Shown here: positions 29,757-38,987 of the stretch, in pieces
Position numbering within the stretch: position 1 is the first letter of the stretch
Layout: each line of letters opens with the position of its first letter
NCBI GenBank assembly: GCA_040752415.1
Contig: JBFMGU010000052.1
Location: 1-48,640, forward strand
Source of the DNA: Myxococcota bacterium
GTDB taxonomy: Bacteria > Myxococcota > JACRCW01
Reading direction: 5' to 3'
Length of the DNA stretch: 48,640 nt
Program-made: the position numbers and the translations under genes
The notes under the pieces: model-generated
What the model saw: the letters and a program-made list of their open reading frames with translations, nothing else
Databases searched by the model: none
Told to the model about the DNA's origin: nothing

Positions 29757-32700
29757 ATGACTGCTCCTGTGCGGCGCATTTTTGTGTGCTTGGCCTTCAT
29801 GTCCTCCTTGTCCCTTGGCTGCGCCAACAACGGCGGCTTTGGTGAGGACGCAGGACCAGGCAGCAGCAGCGGCGGCAACAACTCCTGTCCAGACAGCGAC
29901 CCGGACTGCACGCCCATGAACGTGGTGTGCGCGGGGCAGACGTGCCAGACCGGTGACGTCTGCGACGACGGGCAGTGCGCAGAAGGATGTGAGGCCGGGA
30001 AGATCGCCTGTCGCGGACTTTGCGTGGACCCGGAGAGCGACCCCTCCTATTGCGGCGCGCAGGATGATTGTCGCGGCGACAACCGTGGCGACGCGTGCGG
30101 CGCCGGCTACGTGTGCAACGCCGGTGAGTGTCGGTTGAACTGCGCGCAGGGCCAGGTGGCGTGCAACGGCCGCTGCGTGGACCCCTTCACCGACGAGAAC
30201 TTCTGCGGCGCCACGGGCGACTGCCAGGGCGCCAACGCCGGTGACCAGTGCGCCGCTGGCGAGGTGTGCAACGGCGCGGGGCAGTGCACGGTGAACTGCG
30301 CCGCGGGTTACATCAACTGTGGCGGCCGCTGCGTGAACCCGGTGGACGACCGCGTCTACTGCGGCGCCAGCGGCGACTGCCAGGGCCCCAACGACGGCAC
30401 CACCTGCGGCCCGGGCCAGGTCTGTGAGAACAGCACGTGCACCGTGGTCTGCCCCACCGGGTACATCAACTGCAGCGGATCCTGCGTGGACCCCCAGTCC
30501 GACGAGGCGCACTGCGGCGCCAGCGGCGACTGCACGGGCGGCAACGTGGGCCAGGACTGCGCGGACGGTCAGATCTGCGTCAACGGCGCGTGCTCCAACA
30601 ACGGCTGCCCCGGCGGCCAGGTGATGTGCGGCGGTCGCTGCGTGAGCCCGGAGTCCGACGAGGACTACTGCGGCGCGCAGGGAGATTGTCAGGGCGCCAA
30701 CGCCGGCCGGAGCTGCGCGGATGGGTATTCCTGTGAGGGCGGCCAGTGCGTCATCAGCTGCCCCACCGGGCAGATTGCGTGCGGCGGAACCTGCGTGGAC
30801 CCGCGCACGGACAACAACTACTGCGGCGCCCAGGCCGACTGTCAGGGTGCCAACGCCGGCGCGCAGTGCAACGCGGGCTATGTGTGCAACGGCAGTGGTG
30901 AGTGCGCGCTGAGCTGCCAGCAGGGCTTCATTGTCTGTGATGGACAGTGCATCAACCCGCGCACCGACCCGCTGTACTGCGGCGCGGCGGGCAGCTGCAC
31001 CGGTCCGGCGGCCGGCACTGCGTGCCTCCCCGGGCAGGTGTGCAACGGCAGCGGCCAGTGCGCCACCTCCTGCGCGCCCGGCCTCATCGCCTGCGACGGC
31101 AGCTGCATCGACCCCACCTCCGACAACCGCTACTGCGGCGCCAGCGGCACGTGCACCGGCACGGAAGCCGGCCAGACGTGCGACAACGGGTTCGTGTGCA
31201 ACGGCAGCGGCGTCTGTGAGCTGAGCTGCCAGGACGGGCTGGTGGCGTGCAACGGCATCTGCGTCAACCCGTCCATCAATCGCAACTACTGCGGCGCCAC
31301 CGGGACGTGCACGGGCGTCGAATCCGGCGAGCAGTGCACCGACGGAGAGGTCTGTTACAACGGCTCCTGCGTGGTGAACTGCCCCGCCGACCAGATTGCG
31401 TGCGACGGTCGGTGCGTGAGCCCGCTCAGCGACGTGAACTACTGCGGCGCCAGCGGCAGCTGCACGGGCGCCAGCGCGGGCCAGCAGTGCCCGGTGGGCT
31501 TCACCTGCAACAACGGTGACTGCCAGCAGGTCATCACGGTCACGTGTCCGCCGGGACAGGTTGCCTGCAACGGCGCCTGCGTGGACCCGTCCACCAACCC
31601 GCTCTACTGCGGCGCGTATGGCGACTGCTTTGGCGGCACGGAGGAAGGCCAGCAGTGCGGTCCCGGCCAGGTGTGCAACGGCGCGGGTGAGTGTGCCGCC
31701 ACCTGCGCGCAGGGCTACGTGAGCTGCAATGGTCGCTGCGTGGACCCGCTGACGGACGCCGGCTACTGCGGCGCCTACGGGACCTGCACCGGCGGTGGCG
31801 CTGGCCAGGCGTGTGCCCAGGGTGACGTCTGCAACGGCCTGGGTGAGTGCACCGCCAACTGCGCGCCGGGCTTTGCCGAGTGCAACGGCCGCTGCGTGGA
31901 CCCGGATACCGACAACAGCTACTGCGGCGCCTCCCCGGATTGCAGCAACGACGGGTACGTCTGCGCCGGCGGCCAGGTGTGCAACGGCGCGGGGACGTGC
32001 GCCAACAACTGCATCCCCGGCTACGTGAACTGCGACGGCCGCTGCGTCGACCCGGACAGCGATCCGGCGCACTGCGGCGCGTACGGCGCGTGCACCGGCG
32101 GTGGCGTGGGCCAGGCGTGCGCGGCCAACCAGGTGTGCAACGGCGGCGGTCAGTGCGCCGCGGACTGCCTGCCCGGCTTCATCAACTGCTACGGCCGCTG
32201 CATCAACCCGGACACCGACGGCGAATACTGCGGCGCCTACGGCGCGTGCATCGGTGGCCAGGTGGGCCAGCAGTGCGCGGCGGGCCAGGTCTGCAACGGC
32301 GGCGGCACCTGTGACACGGAGTGTCTCCCCGGCCTGGTGAACTGCTACGGCACCTGCATCAACCCCGCCACCGACGGCGAGTTCTGCGGCGCCTACGGCG
32401 CGTGCACCGGCAACCAGGTGGGTCAGCAGTGCGCCACCGGCCAGGTGTGCGACGGCACGGGCGTGTGCGCTCCGGTTTGCGCCGACGGCTACGTGAATTG
32501 CGGCGGCGTGTGCATCAACCCGGACACCGACGCCTACCACTGCGGCGCCACCGCGGATTGCAGCGGGGCCAACGCGGGCGCCGCCTGCCCGTCCGGCCAG
32601 TACTGCGACGGCACCGGTCAGTGCGGGAACACCTGCGCCGGCGGCTACGTGCTGTGCGACGGCACCTGCGTCAACCCGCAGAACAACGCGCTCTACTGCG

Positions 32701-35700
32701 GCGCCAGCGGCGCGTGCACGGCGACGGAGGCCGGCCAGGAGTGCGGCGTGGGCTCCTACTGCGACAACGGCGCATGCGTGGTGCCCTGCCCCGCCGGCCT
32801 GGTGTCCTGCGGTGGCCAGTGCGTGGACCCGCTCAGTGACCCCGACTACTGCGGCGCGTCCCGCAACTGCGCGGGCCCCTACGTGGGTCAGGACTGCGTG
32901 GCGGGCCAGGTGTGCAATGGCAACGGCGCGTGCGCCACGGAATGCGCGGCCGGCTACGTCAACTGCGGCGGCATCTGCGTCAACCCGCTCACCGACGCGC
33001 AGTACTGCGGCGCCTACGGTGACTGCACCGGCAACGCCGACGGCACGGCGTGCCCGACGGGCCAGGTCTGCAATGGCGGCGGCCAGTGCGCGGACGCGTG
33101 CCTCCCCGGCTGGGTGAGCTGCGGCGGCGTGTGCATCAACCCGGACAGCGACGCGCGCTTCTGCGCCGCGTACGGCGACTGCACAGGCAACGGCGCGGGT
33201 GAGGCCTGCCCCAACGGGTACCTCTGTGACGGCACCGGCGAGTGCGCCGTGGAGTGCGCGGCGGGCTACGTGAACTGCAACGGCATCTGCGTGGACCCGA
33301 ACAACGACCCGCTCCGCTGCGGCGCCTACGGCGCGTGCACGGGCGCCGGCGCCGGCGCGGTGTGCCCCAACGGCTACGTGTGCGACGGCACCGGCACCTG
33401 CGCGGTGAGCTGCGCCAACGGCTACGTGAACTGCAACGGGAGCTGCATTGATCCCGACGTGGACAACACGTACTGCGGCGCCTCCGGCGCGTGCGACGCC
33501 AACACCAACGGCGACACCTGCGCCACCGGCCAGTACTGCAACGGCGCGGGAACGTGCGCCGACACCTGTGTCAACGGCTACATCGCCTGCGACGGGACAT
33601 GCGTGAACCCGCTGAACGACGAGCGCTACTGCGGCGCGGCCGCGGACTGCACGGGCGGCAACGCCGGTGACCTCTGTGCGGACACGCAGTTCTGCTACAA
33701 CGGCTACTGCCGGCTGGTCTGCCCCGACGGACAGATTGACTGCAACGGCACCTGTATCGACCCGAACAGCAACAACACCTACTGCGGCGCCAGCGGCGAG
33801 TGTGTGGCCGACCCCGGTGTGACCTGCCCCAACGGCTACGTCTGCGACGGCACCGGCCAGTGTTCGCTGAACTGCCTGGGTGGCACCGTCAACTGCGGCG
33901 GCACCTGCGTGGACCCGCAGACCGACGAGAACTACTGCGGCGCCCAGACCGACTGCACGGGTGCCAACGCAGGTGAAATCTGCGACGCCACGTACGAGTG
34001 CCGCACGGGGGCCTGCCAGTGCCCGGTGAACCAGGTGGCCTGCAACGGTCGCTGCATCGACCCCCTGAATGACGAGACCTACTGCGGTGCGCAAACCGAC
34101 TGCGCGGGGGGCAACGCGGGCGAGGTCTGCGTGAGCACGCAACAGTGCGTGACGGGCGACTGCCAGTGCCCGAACAACCAGGTGCTGTGCGGCGGAAACT
34201 GCATCAACCCCACCAACACGGACACCTACTGCGGCGCCACGGGAGACTGCCAGGCGGCCAACGCCGGCCAGAACTGCGACGCCACGGCCCGCGACTGCGT
34301 GAACAGCCAGTGCGTGTGTCCCAACAACGGCGTGTTCTGCAACGGCGCCTGCATCGACCCGCTGAACAACAACACCTACTGCGGTGCGTTCGGCGCGTGC
34401 GACGCCAACAGCGACGGCCAGACCTGCGCGGGTGGCACCTTCTGCCAGAACGGCCAGTGCGTCTGTCCCACGGGCCAGGTGTTCTGCGGCGGCCAGTGCA
34501 TCGACCCGACCAACACCGACGCCTACTGCGGCGCCAGCAACGACTGCCAGGCGGCCAACGCGGGCGTGGACTGCAACGCCACGGGCCGGGACTGCGTCAA
34601 CAGCCAGTGCCAGTGCCCGAACAACGGCGTGTTCTGCAACGGCGCCTGCATCGACCCGCTGAACAACAACACCTACTGCGGTGCGTTCGGCGCGTGCGAC
34701 GCCAACAGCGACGGCCAGACCTGCGCGGGCGGCACGTTCTGCCAGAATGGCCAGTGCGTCTGTCCCACGAACCAGGTGTTCTGCGGTGGCAACTGCATCG
34801 ACCCGACCAACACCGACGCCTACTGCGGTGCCAGCAACGACTGCCAGGCGGCCAACGCGGGCGTGGACTGCAACGCCACGGGTCGGGACTGCGTGAACAG
34901 CCAGTGCCAGTGTCCGAACAACGGGGTGTTCTGCAACAACACCTGCATCGACCCGCTCAACGACGAGCAGTACTGCGGCGCCACCAACACCAACGCGTGC
35001 ACCACGTTTGACACGTGCGTGAATGGTGAGGTGTGCACCAACGGGACGTGCCAGTGCCCCACGGGGCAGGTGCTCTGCAATGGGACCTGCATCGACCCGA
35101 ACAACAACAACACCTACTGCGGCGCGTTCGGTGCCTGCGACGCCAACAGTGACGGTGAGCAGTGCTTCGATGGGTCGTCGTGCAGCGGCGGACACTGCCT
35201 CTGCAACGGCGGTGAGGTGTACTGCGGCGGCAACTGCATCAACCCGAACACCGACCCGATCTACTGCGGAGCCAGCGGGTTCTGTGACAACGCGACCACC
35301 GACGGGAACACGTGCAACGCGGACCAGTTCTGCAACAACGGCACGTGCCAGGCACTGCCGGAGTTCCTGGGTATCATCATCACCACCGACGGTGGCGGCA
35401 ACCAGGTGACGACCTACTCGAGCCCGTGGCCCTTCGCGGGGCACCAGGGAGCGAGCGCCCAGTGCGCCTCGCAGTACGGGGTCGGAACCGCCCACGTTTG
35501 CACGTACGCGGAGCTGCAGCAGGCGCAGGGTCAGGCCGACTTCGGGGCCAACAATTACAACTTCTGGACCCACGTGGACGGCAACACGGGCGGCTGCGGG
35601 TTTGATAACTGCAACTGCGTCAACTGGAGCTACACCACGGGTCACATCAGCGCGGGTTGGCGCGCCGCCGTCAACGCGGGTAGCCTGCAGGCGGCCCAGA

Positions 35701-35747
35701 CCTCCGGGTGCCCAGGCAACTTCCGTCAAATCCCGTGCTGTCGCTGA
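29757..35747 (+). CDS. Giant Cys-rich repeat lipoprotein (35 repeats of ~50 aa, MXAN_6577/Stig1-like) with C-type-lectin-like C-terminal domain
   Basis: Lipobox SLGC. I count 35 copies of C(V/I)(D/N/S)P..(D/N)..(Y/H/F)CGA..C. The last ~130 aa are non-repetitive (AHVCTYAEL...NCVNWSYTTGH...IPCC). Confidence 0.85.
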   Translation: MTAPVRRIFVCLAFMSSLSLGCANNGGFGEDAGPGSSSGGNNSCPDSDPDCTPMNVVCAGQTCQTGDVCDDGQCAEGCEAGKIACRGLCVDPESDPSYCGAQDDCRGDNRGDACGAGYVCNAGECRLNCAQGQVACNGRCVDPFTDENFCGATGDCQGANAGDQCAAGEVCNGAGQCTVNCAAGYINCGGRCVNPVDDRVYCGASGDCQGPNDGTTCGPGQVCENSTCTVVCPTGYINCSGSCVDPQSDEAHCGASGDCTGGNVGQDCADGQICVNGACSNNGCPGGQVMCGGRCVSPESDEDYCGAQGDCQGANAGRSCADGYSCEGGQCVISCPTGQIACGGTCVDPRTDNNYCGAQADCQGANAGAQCNAGYVCNGSGECALSCQQGFIVCDGQCINPRTDPLYCGAAGSCTGPAAGTACLPGQVCNGSGQCATSCAPGLIACDGSCIDPTSDNRYCGASGTCTGTEAGQTCDNGFVCNGSGVCELSCQDGLVACNGICVNPSINRNYCGATGTCTGVESGEQCTDGEVCYNGSCVVNCPADQIACDGRCVSPLSDVNYCGASGSCTGASAGQQCPVGFTCNNGDCQQVITVTCPPGQVACNGACVDPSTNPLYCGAYGDCFGGTEEGQQCGPGQVCNGAGECAATCAQGYVSCNGRCVDPLTDAGYCGAYGTCTGGGAGQACAQGDVCNGLGECTANCAPGFAECNGRCVDPDTDNSYCGASPDCSNDGYVCAGGQVCNGAGTCANNCIPGYVNCDGRCVDPDSDPAHCGAYGACTGGGVGQACAANQVCNGGGQCAADCLPGFINCYGRCINPDTDGEYCGAYGACIGGQVGQQCAAGQVCNGGGTCDTECLPGLVNCYGTCINPATDGEFCGAYGACTGNQVGQQCATGQVCDGTGVCAPVCADGYVNCGGVCINPDTDAYHCGATADCSGANAGAACPSGQYCDGTGQCGNTCAGGYVLCDGTCVNPQNNALYCGASGACTATEAGQECGVGSYCDNGACVVPCPAGLVSCGGQCVDPLSDPDYCGASRNCAGPYVGQDCVAGQVCNGNGACATECAAGYVNCGGICVNPLTDAQYCGAYGDCTGNADGTACPTGQVCNGGGQCADACLPGWVSCGGVCINPDSDARFCAAYGDCTGNGAGEACPNGYLCDGTGECAVECAAGYVNCNGICVDPNNDPLRCGAYGACTGAGAGAVCPNGYVCDGTGTCAVSCANGYVNCNGSCIDPDVDNTYCGASGACDANTNGDTCATGQYCNGAGTCADTCVNGYIACDGTCVNPLNDERYCGAAADCTGGNAGDLCADTQFCYNGYCRLVCPDGQIDCNGTCIDPNSNNTYCGASGECVADPGVTCPNGYVCDGTGQCSLNCLGGTVNCGGTCVDPQTDENYCGAQTDCTGANAGEICDATYECRTGACQCPVNQVACNGRCIDPLNDETYCGAQTDCAGGNAGEVCVSTQQCVTGDCQCPNNQVLCGGNCINPTNTDTYCGATGDCQAANAGQNCDATARDCVNSQCVCPNNGVFCNGACIDPLNNNTYCGAFGACDANSDGQTCAGGTFCQNGQCVCPTGQVFCGGQCIDPTNTDAYCGASNDCQAANAGVDCNATGRDCVNSQCQCPNNGVFCNGACIDPLNNNTYCGAFGACDANSDGQTCAGGTFCQNGQCVCPTNQVFCGGNCIDPTNTDAYCGASNDCQAANAGVDCNATGRDCVNSQCQCPNNGVFCNNTCIDPLNDEQYCGATNTNACTTFDTCVNGEVCTNGTCQCPTGQVLCNGTCIDPNNNNTYCGAFGACDANSDGEQCFDGSSCSGGHCLCNGGEVYCGGNCINPNTDPIYCGASGFCDNATTDGNTCNADQFCNNGTCQALPEFLGIIITTDGGGNQVTTYSSPWPFAGHQGASAQCASQYGVGTAHVCTYAELQQAQGQADFGANNYNFWTHVDGNTGGCGFDNCNCVNWSYTTGHISAGWRAAVNAGSLQAAQTSGCPGNFRQIPCCR
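34293..34960 (+). repeat. Near-identical 297-nt tandem duplication within the giant gene
   Basis: GACTGCGT(G/C)AACAGCCAGTGC starts at 34293, 34590 and 34887, with nearly identical DNA between the copies. Confidence 0.85.
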
Positions 35748-35753
35748 GTACTG

Positions 35754-37367
35754 ATGCGTGAGTTTGTGGGCTCTCGATTGCCACGCAGGGCGACGCTGCT
35801 CTGCGTGGCCAGTTTTCTGGCCTGCGCGCCCACGGCCGAAGTCGGTTTCACCGAGTCAACGTCTGCTCGCGGTCTTGGCCCGGACCAGCGGTGGCTTGGG
35901 CTGTCCCTACCGGTTCCCGCACTTCCCAGCCTCGTGGCGGAGACCGAAGGCGCGTTGAACCTGAAGGTGCGCGACGAAGCGGACCGCATGGCGGATGCCA
36001 TCGAGCCCGGTGAGATGCTTGGTCACGCCCAACTCATGCAGCAGGTGCTGGACCAGGGCAGCCTCCTCATCCCCGGCCTGGGCGCGTTCGACGTCTCCAC
36101 CCTCTTCGCTGTGGGTGATGAGCTGTTCGACTACGCGTTCCGCCCCGAGCAGGGGCTGGGTAACGGACTGGGAGGGAGGACCGACGTGCGCGCCGGGCGT
36201 GGTCCCGCCCCCAACCTCCGGCGCGTGCACGAAGGCGAGTTCGGCGGTCCCGACAGCCACAGTTGCTCATCCTGTCATTCCAAGGGGGGTCTCGATGGCG
36301 CTGGCACACAGACCCAGAACGCGTTCTTCCGCAGCGACGGGTCCAGCACGCTGGCGGCGGACGAGCGCAATCCCCCGTTGGTGATGGGCCTAGGTCCCAT
36401 CCAGGCCCTGGCGCGCGAGATGTCCCAGGACCTTCTGGACCAGGCCAGCTCCAGTCTCGACGAGGCGGCGGCCACCAGCATCCCGGTTGCGGCGCAGCTT
36501 TCCACCAAAGGCGTCTCCTTCGGCTCCCTGGTGGCGCACCCTGACGGAACGCTGGACGTCTCCGGCCTGGAGGGCGTGGACCCGGACATGGTCGTCAAGC
36601 CCTTTGGCTGGAAAGGCCACCAGGGCTCCCTGCGGCGCATGATCGAAGAGTCCTTCCGCATCCACATGGGTGTTCTGTCGATGTGGGAGCAGCGGCAGGT
36701 CTACGAAGGGCAGAGGAACCCCGCGGATTACGGGAACAGCGCGAGCATCTTCGATGTGGATGAGGATGGGACGCTGGTGGAGATTGAGGACGGCATGCTG
36801 ACGACGATGGAGGCGTACCTTTCGCAGCTCTCCGTCCCCGTCATCCGCCCTCCCCAGGATCCCATTCTGCTGGAGTACTTTGGCCGCGGCCGGCTCCTGT
36901 TTGAGGACGTGCAGTGCCACCGCTGTCACGTGCCTGCGCTGGAACTCGAGAACTCCGTGGTTGAGCTGCGCGCCGACCTCACACCGGCATCCCCGGTTTG
37001 GGAGATCAATGTGGCCACCGACGGAGAGACGCCGAAGATCTCTCCCATCCTGGGAAGTCAGTCACACCGTGTGGAACTGTTCAGCGACCTCAAGCGGCAC
37101 AACATGGGCGCGGAGCTCGCGACTCCCGTGTGGCAGGGAAACATTCCCCCCAGCGTGTTCCTCACCCGCCCCCTCTGGGGTCTGGCGGAAACCGCGCCGT
37201 ACCTCCATGACGGGAGAGCACCAACTGTCCATGACGCGATCATGGCCCACGGCGGCGAGTCGGCCGAGGCGCGGGAACACTATTCCGACCTTGGGGTCGA
37301 CGACCAGAAGGCGCTGCAAGTCTTCCTGCTCTCGCTTTCACGGGCGCCCGCACTGGGGGTGCCATGA
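35754..37367 (+). CDS. Di-heme oxidoreductase family lipoprotein (DHOR/DUF1111-like), copy 1
   Basis: Lipobox FLAC, heme motifs CSSCH and CHRCH, FGWKG, LFSDLKRHNMG, TRPLWGLAETAPYLHDGRA...AIMAHGGE. Confidence 0.85.
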   Translation: MREFVGSRLPRRATLLCVASFLACAPTAEVGFTESTSARGLGPDQRWLGLSLPVPALPSLVAETEGALNLKVRDEADRMADAIEPGEMLGHAQLMQQVLDQGSLLIPGLGAFDVSTLFAVGDELFDYAFRPEQGLGNGLGGRTDVRAGRGPAPNLRRVHEGEFGGPDSHSCSSCHSKGGLDGAGTQTQNAFFRSDGSSTLAADERNPPLVMGLGPIQALAREMSQDLLDQASSSLDEAAATSIPVAAQLSTKGVSFGSLVAHPDGTLDVSGLEGVDPDMVVKPFGWKGHQGSLRRMIEESFRIHMGVLSMWEQRQVYEGQRNPADYGNSASIFDVDEDGTLVEIEDGMLTTMEAYLSQLSVPVIRPPQDPILLEYFGRGRLLFEDVQCHRCHVPALELENSVVELRADLTPASPVWEINVATDGETPKISPILGSQSHRVELFSDLKRHNMGAELATPVWQGNIPPSVFLTRPLWGLAETAPYLHDGRAPTVHDAIMAHGGESAEAREHYSDLGVDDQKALQVFLLSLSRAPALGVP

Positions 37368-38980
37368 GGCCGCTGCTGAACACGTGGTACCGCGTGCTGG
37401 TCACCGTCCTGACGACGTCCACAACAGCCTGCACCGAGGGCGGGACCACGGGTGCGTACCGTGATGGGGGTGTCCAGGTCTTGCCCGACGCGTCGGCCTT
37501 CACTCCGCCACCGCGGGCCTGCGCACCATTCCGCCCACTGCACGATCGTCTCAGCCTGGAAGAAGCCAGGGATGCCCATCGCTGGGCAGAGGTCCGGCGC
37601 CACTTGCGAATGATGGAGGTTGTTCAGCCTCGGTTCGTGTTGAGCATGCTGGAGAGCACCTTGCCGCAGGCCCGCCTGGACCAGGCCGAGTACTGTCCTG
37701 ACGAGCTGTTCGAGGCCGGCCGAATCCTCTTTGAACACGAATACACGTTTGCCGACGGGCTCGGCAGCGGACTGCGTCGAGGAGATCGGCCAAGTCCCTT
37801 CCGCCGGGTGCATTCGGGCCGCTTTGGTGGGCCGGAGACCATCAGCTGCACGTCGTGCCACTGGCGCGGCGGCCTGGCCGGGGCTGGCGCACTCCAGGAC
37901 AACACGTTCGTGCTTGGCACGGGAGACCGCGTCGAGGAAGCCGACGCGCGCAACCCTCCTCCACTTCATGGCGTAGGGGTCGTGGAGTTGATTGCCAAGG
38001 AGATGACCGCCCAACTCCACGCGCTTCGGGACGACGCCATCCGACGAGCCCGCGAGGATCAGCGGTCGGCGGAGGTTGTGCTGCTGGCCAACGGCGTTTC
38101 ATTCGGGAAGCTACGCGTCGCGGCGGATGGAACAGTGGACACTTCGCAGGTGGAGGGCGTGGACCCAGACCTCGTCATCAAGCCCTTCGGCTGGAAAGGC
38201 ACCGTCGCAACACTCCGTGACTTCGTGGCGGAGTCGGCACAGGTCCACTTTGGCATGCAGAGCCAGCACCTGCTTCTTACCCACGGGAGCGAGCGCGACC
38301 TCGTGGGCACGTCGCCAGACGCGAGGGACCCCGACGGTGACGGCGTTGTCGACGAGCTCACGGAAGGGCACCTCAGCGCACTGGTTTCATTCCTGGCCAT
38401 GCTCGAGCTGCCGGTGATCCGGCCCCACGAGACCCTCTTCCTTGAGCCGGTGGCACCAGGGCTGCCGCCTCCGCCAGCCTTTGTGTACGACGAGCATTGG
38501 GCGCGAGGACAGGAGCTGTTCCGCTCTCTCGGATGCGCGAGCTGCCATGTCCCCGCGATGGTGCTGAAGGACCCGGTGTATCGGACCACCTCGGTGCAAA
38601 CCGGCGGCACCGTCGAGATTGACCTCTCCACAACGGGCGAATCCCCGAGGCCCGCGTATGACGCCGCGCTGGGGGGTTACCCGGTGTGGGTGTTCAGCGA
38701 CTTCAAGCGCCACGACATGGGCGCCAAGAACGAGGCACGGCGGGTGGACAAGGGTGTGGCACCGCGCGAATACCTGACGCGGCGGCTCTGGGGTGTTGCC
38801 AACTCGGATCCCTATTTCCATGACGGGGCGGCACCATGGTTCGACCACGCCATTGCCGCGCACGGCGGTGAGGCCAGTGAAGAGCGCGACTCCTTCGAAG
38901 GGTTGTCGATAGAGGATCGGGGTGCGTTGAAGGTCTACCTGCTTTCGTTGCGTCGGGACCGTCGGCTGCTGGTGCCGTGA
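37364..38980 (+). CDS. Di-heme oxidoreductase family protein, probable lipoprotein (DHOR/DUF1111-like), copy 2
   Basis: ATGA overlap with copy 1, TTAC lipobox-like, CTSCH and CASCH, FGWKG, FSDFKRHDMG, TRRLWGV...PYFHDG...AIAAHGGE. Confidence 0.85.
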   Translation: MRPLLNTWYRVLVTVLTTSTTACTEGGTTGAYRDGGVQVLPDASAFTPPPRACAPFRPLHDRLSLEEARDAHRWAEVRRHLRMMEVVQPRFVLSMLESTLPQARLDQAEYCPDELFEAGRILFEHEYTFADGLGSGLRRGDRPSPFRRVHSGRFGGPETISCTSCHWRGGLAGAGALQDNTFVLGTGDRVEEADARNPPPLHGVGVVELIAKEMTAQLHALRDDAIRRAREDQRSAEVVLLANGVSFGKLRVAADGTVDTSQVEGVDPDLVIKPFGWKGTVATLRDFVAESAQVHFGMQSQHLLLTHGSERDLVGTSPDARDPDGDGVVDELTEGHLSALVSFLAMLELPVIRPHETLFLEPVAPGLPPPPAFVYDEHWARGQELFRSLGCASCHVPAMVLKDPVYRTTSVQTGGTVEIDLSTTGESPRPAYDAALGGYPVWVFSDFKRHDMGAKNEARRVDKGVAPREYLTRRLWGVANSDPYFHDGAAPWFDHAIAAHGGEASEERDSFEGLSIEDRGALKVYLLSLRRDRRLLVP

Positions 38981-38987
38981 ACCTCGT

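Noticed and set aside
26990..35350. Periodic DNA repeats as a possible CRISPR array
   Set aside because: The repeats are in-frame protein repeats with synonymous variation. There is no constant repeat/unique spacer structure and no cas gene.
29739..35729. 1,996-aa minus-strand ORF
   Set aside because: Antisense shadow of the Cys-repeat gene. Its Ala/Val/Gly/Arg text mirrors TGC/GAC/AAC codons and has no motifs of its own.
35358..35747. Diversity-generating retroelement target, since C-type-lectin-like C-termini are typical DGR targets
   Set aside because: I saw no reverse transcriptase, Avd gene or adenine-variant template repeat in the window. A remote DGR cannot be excluded.
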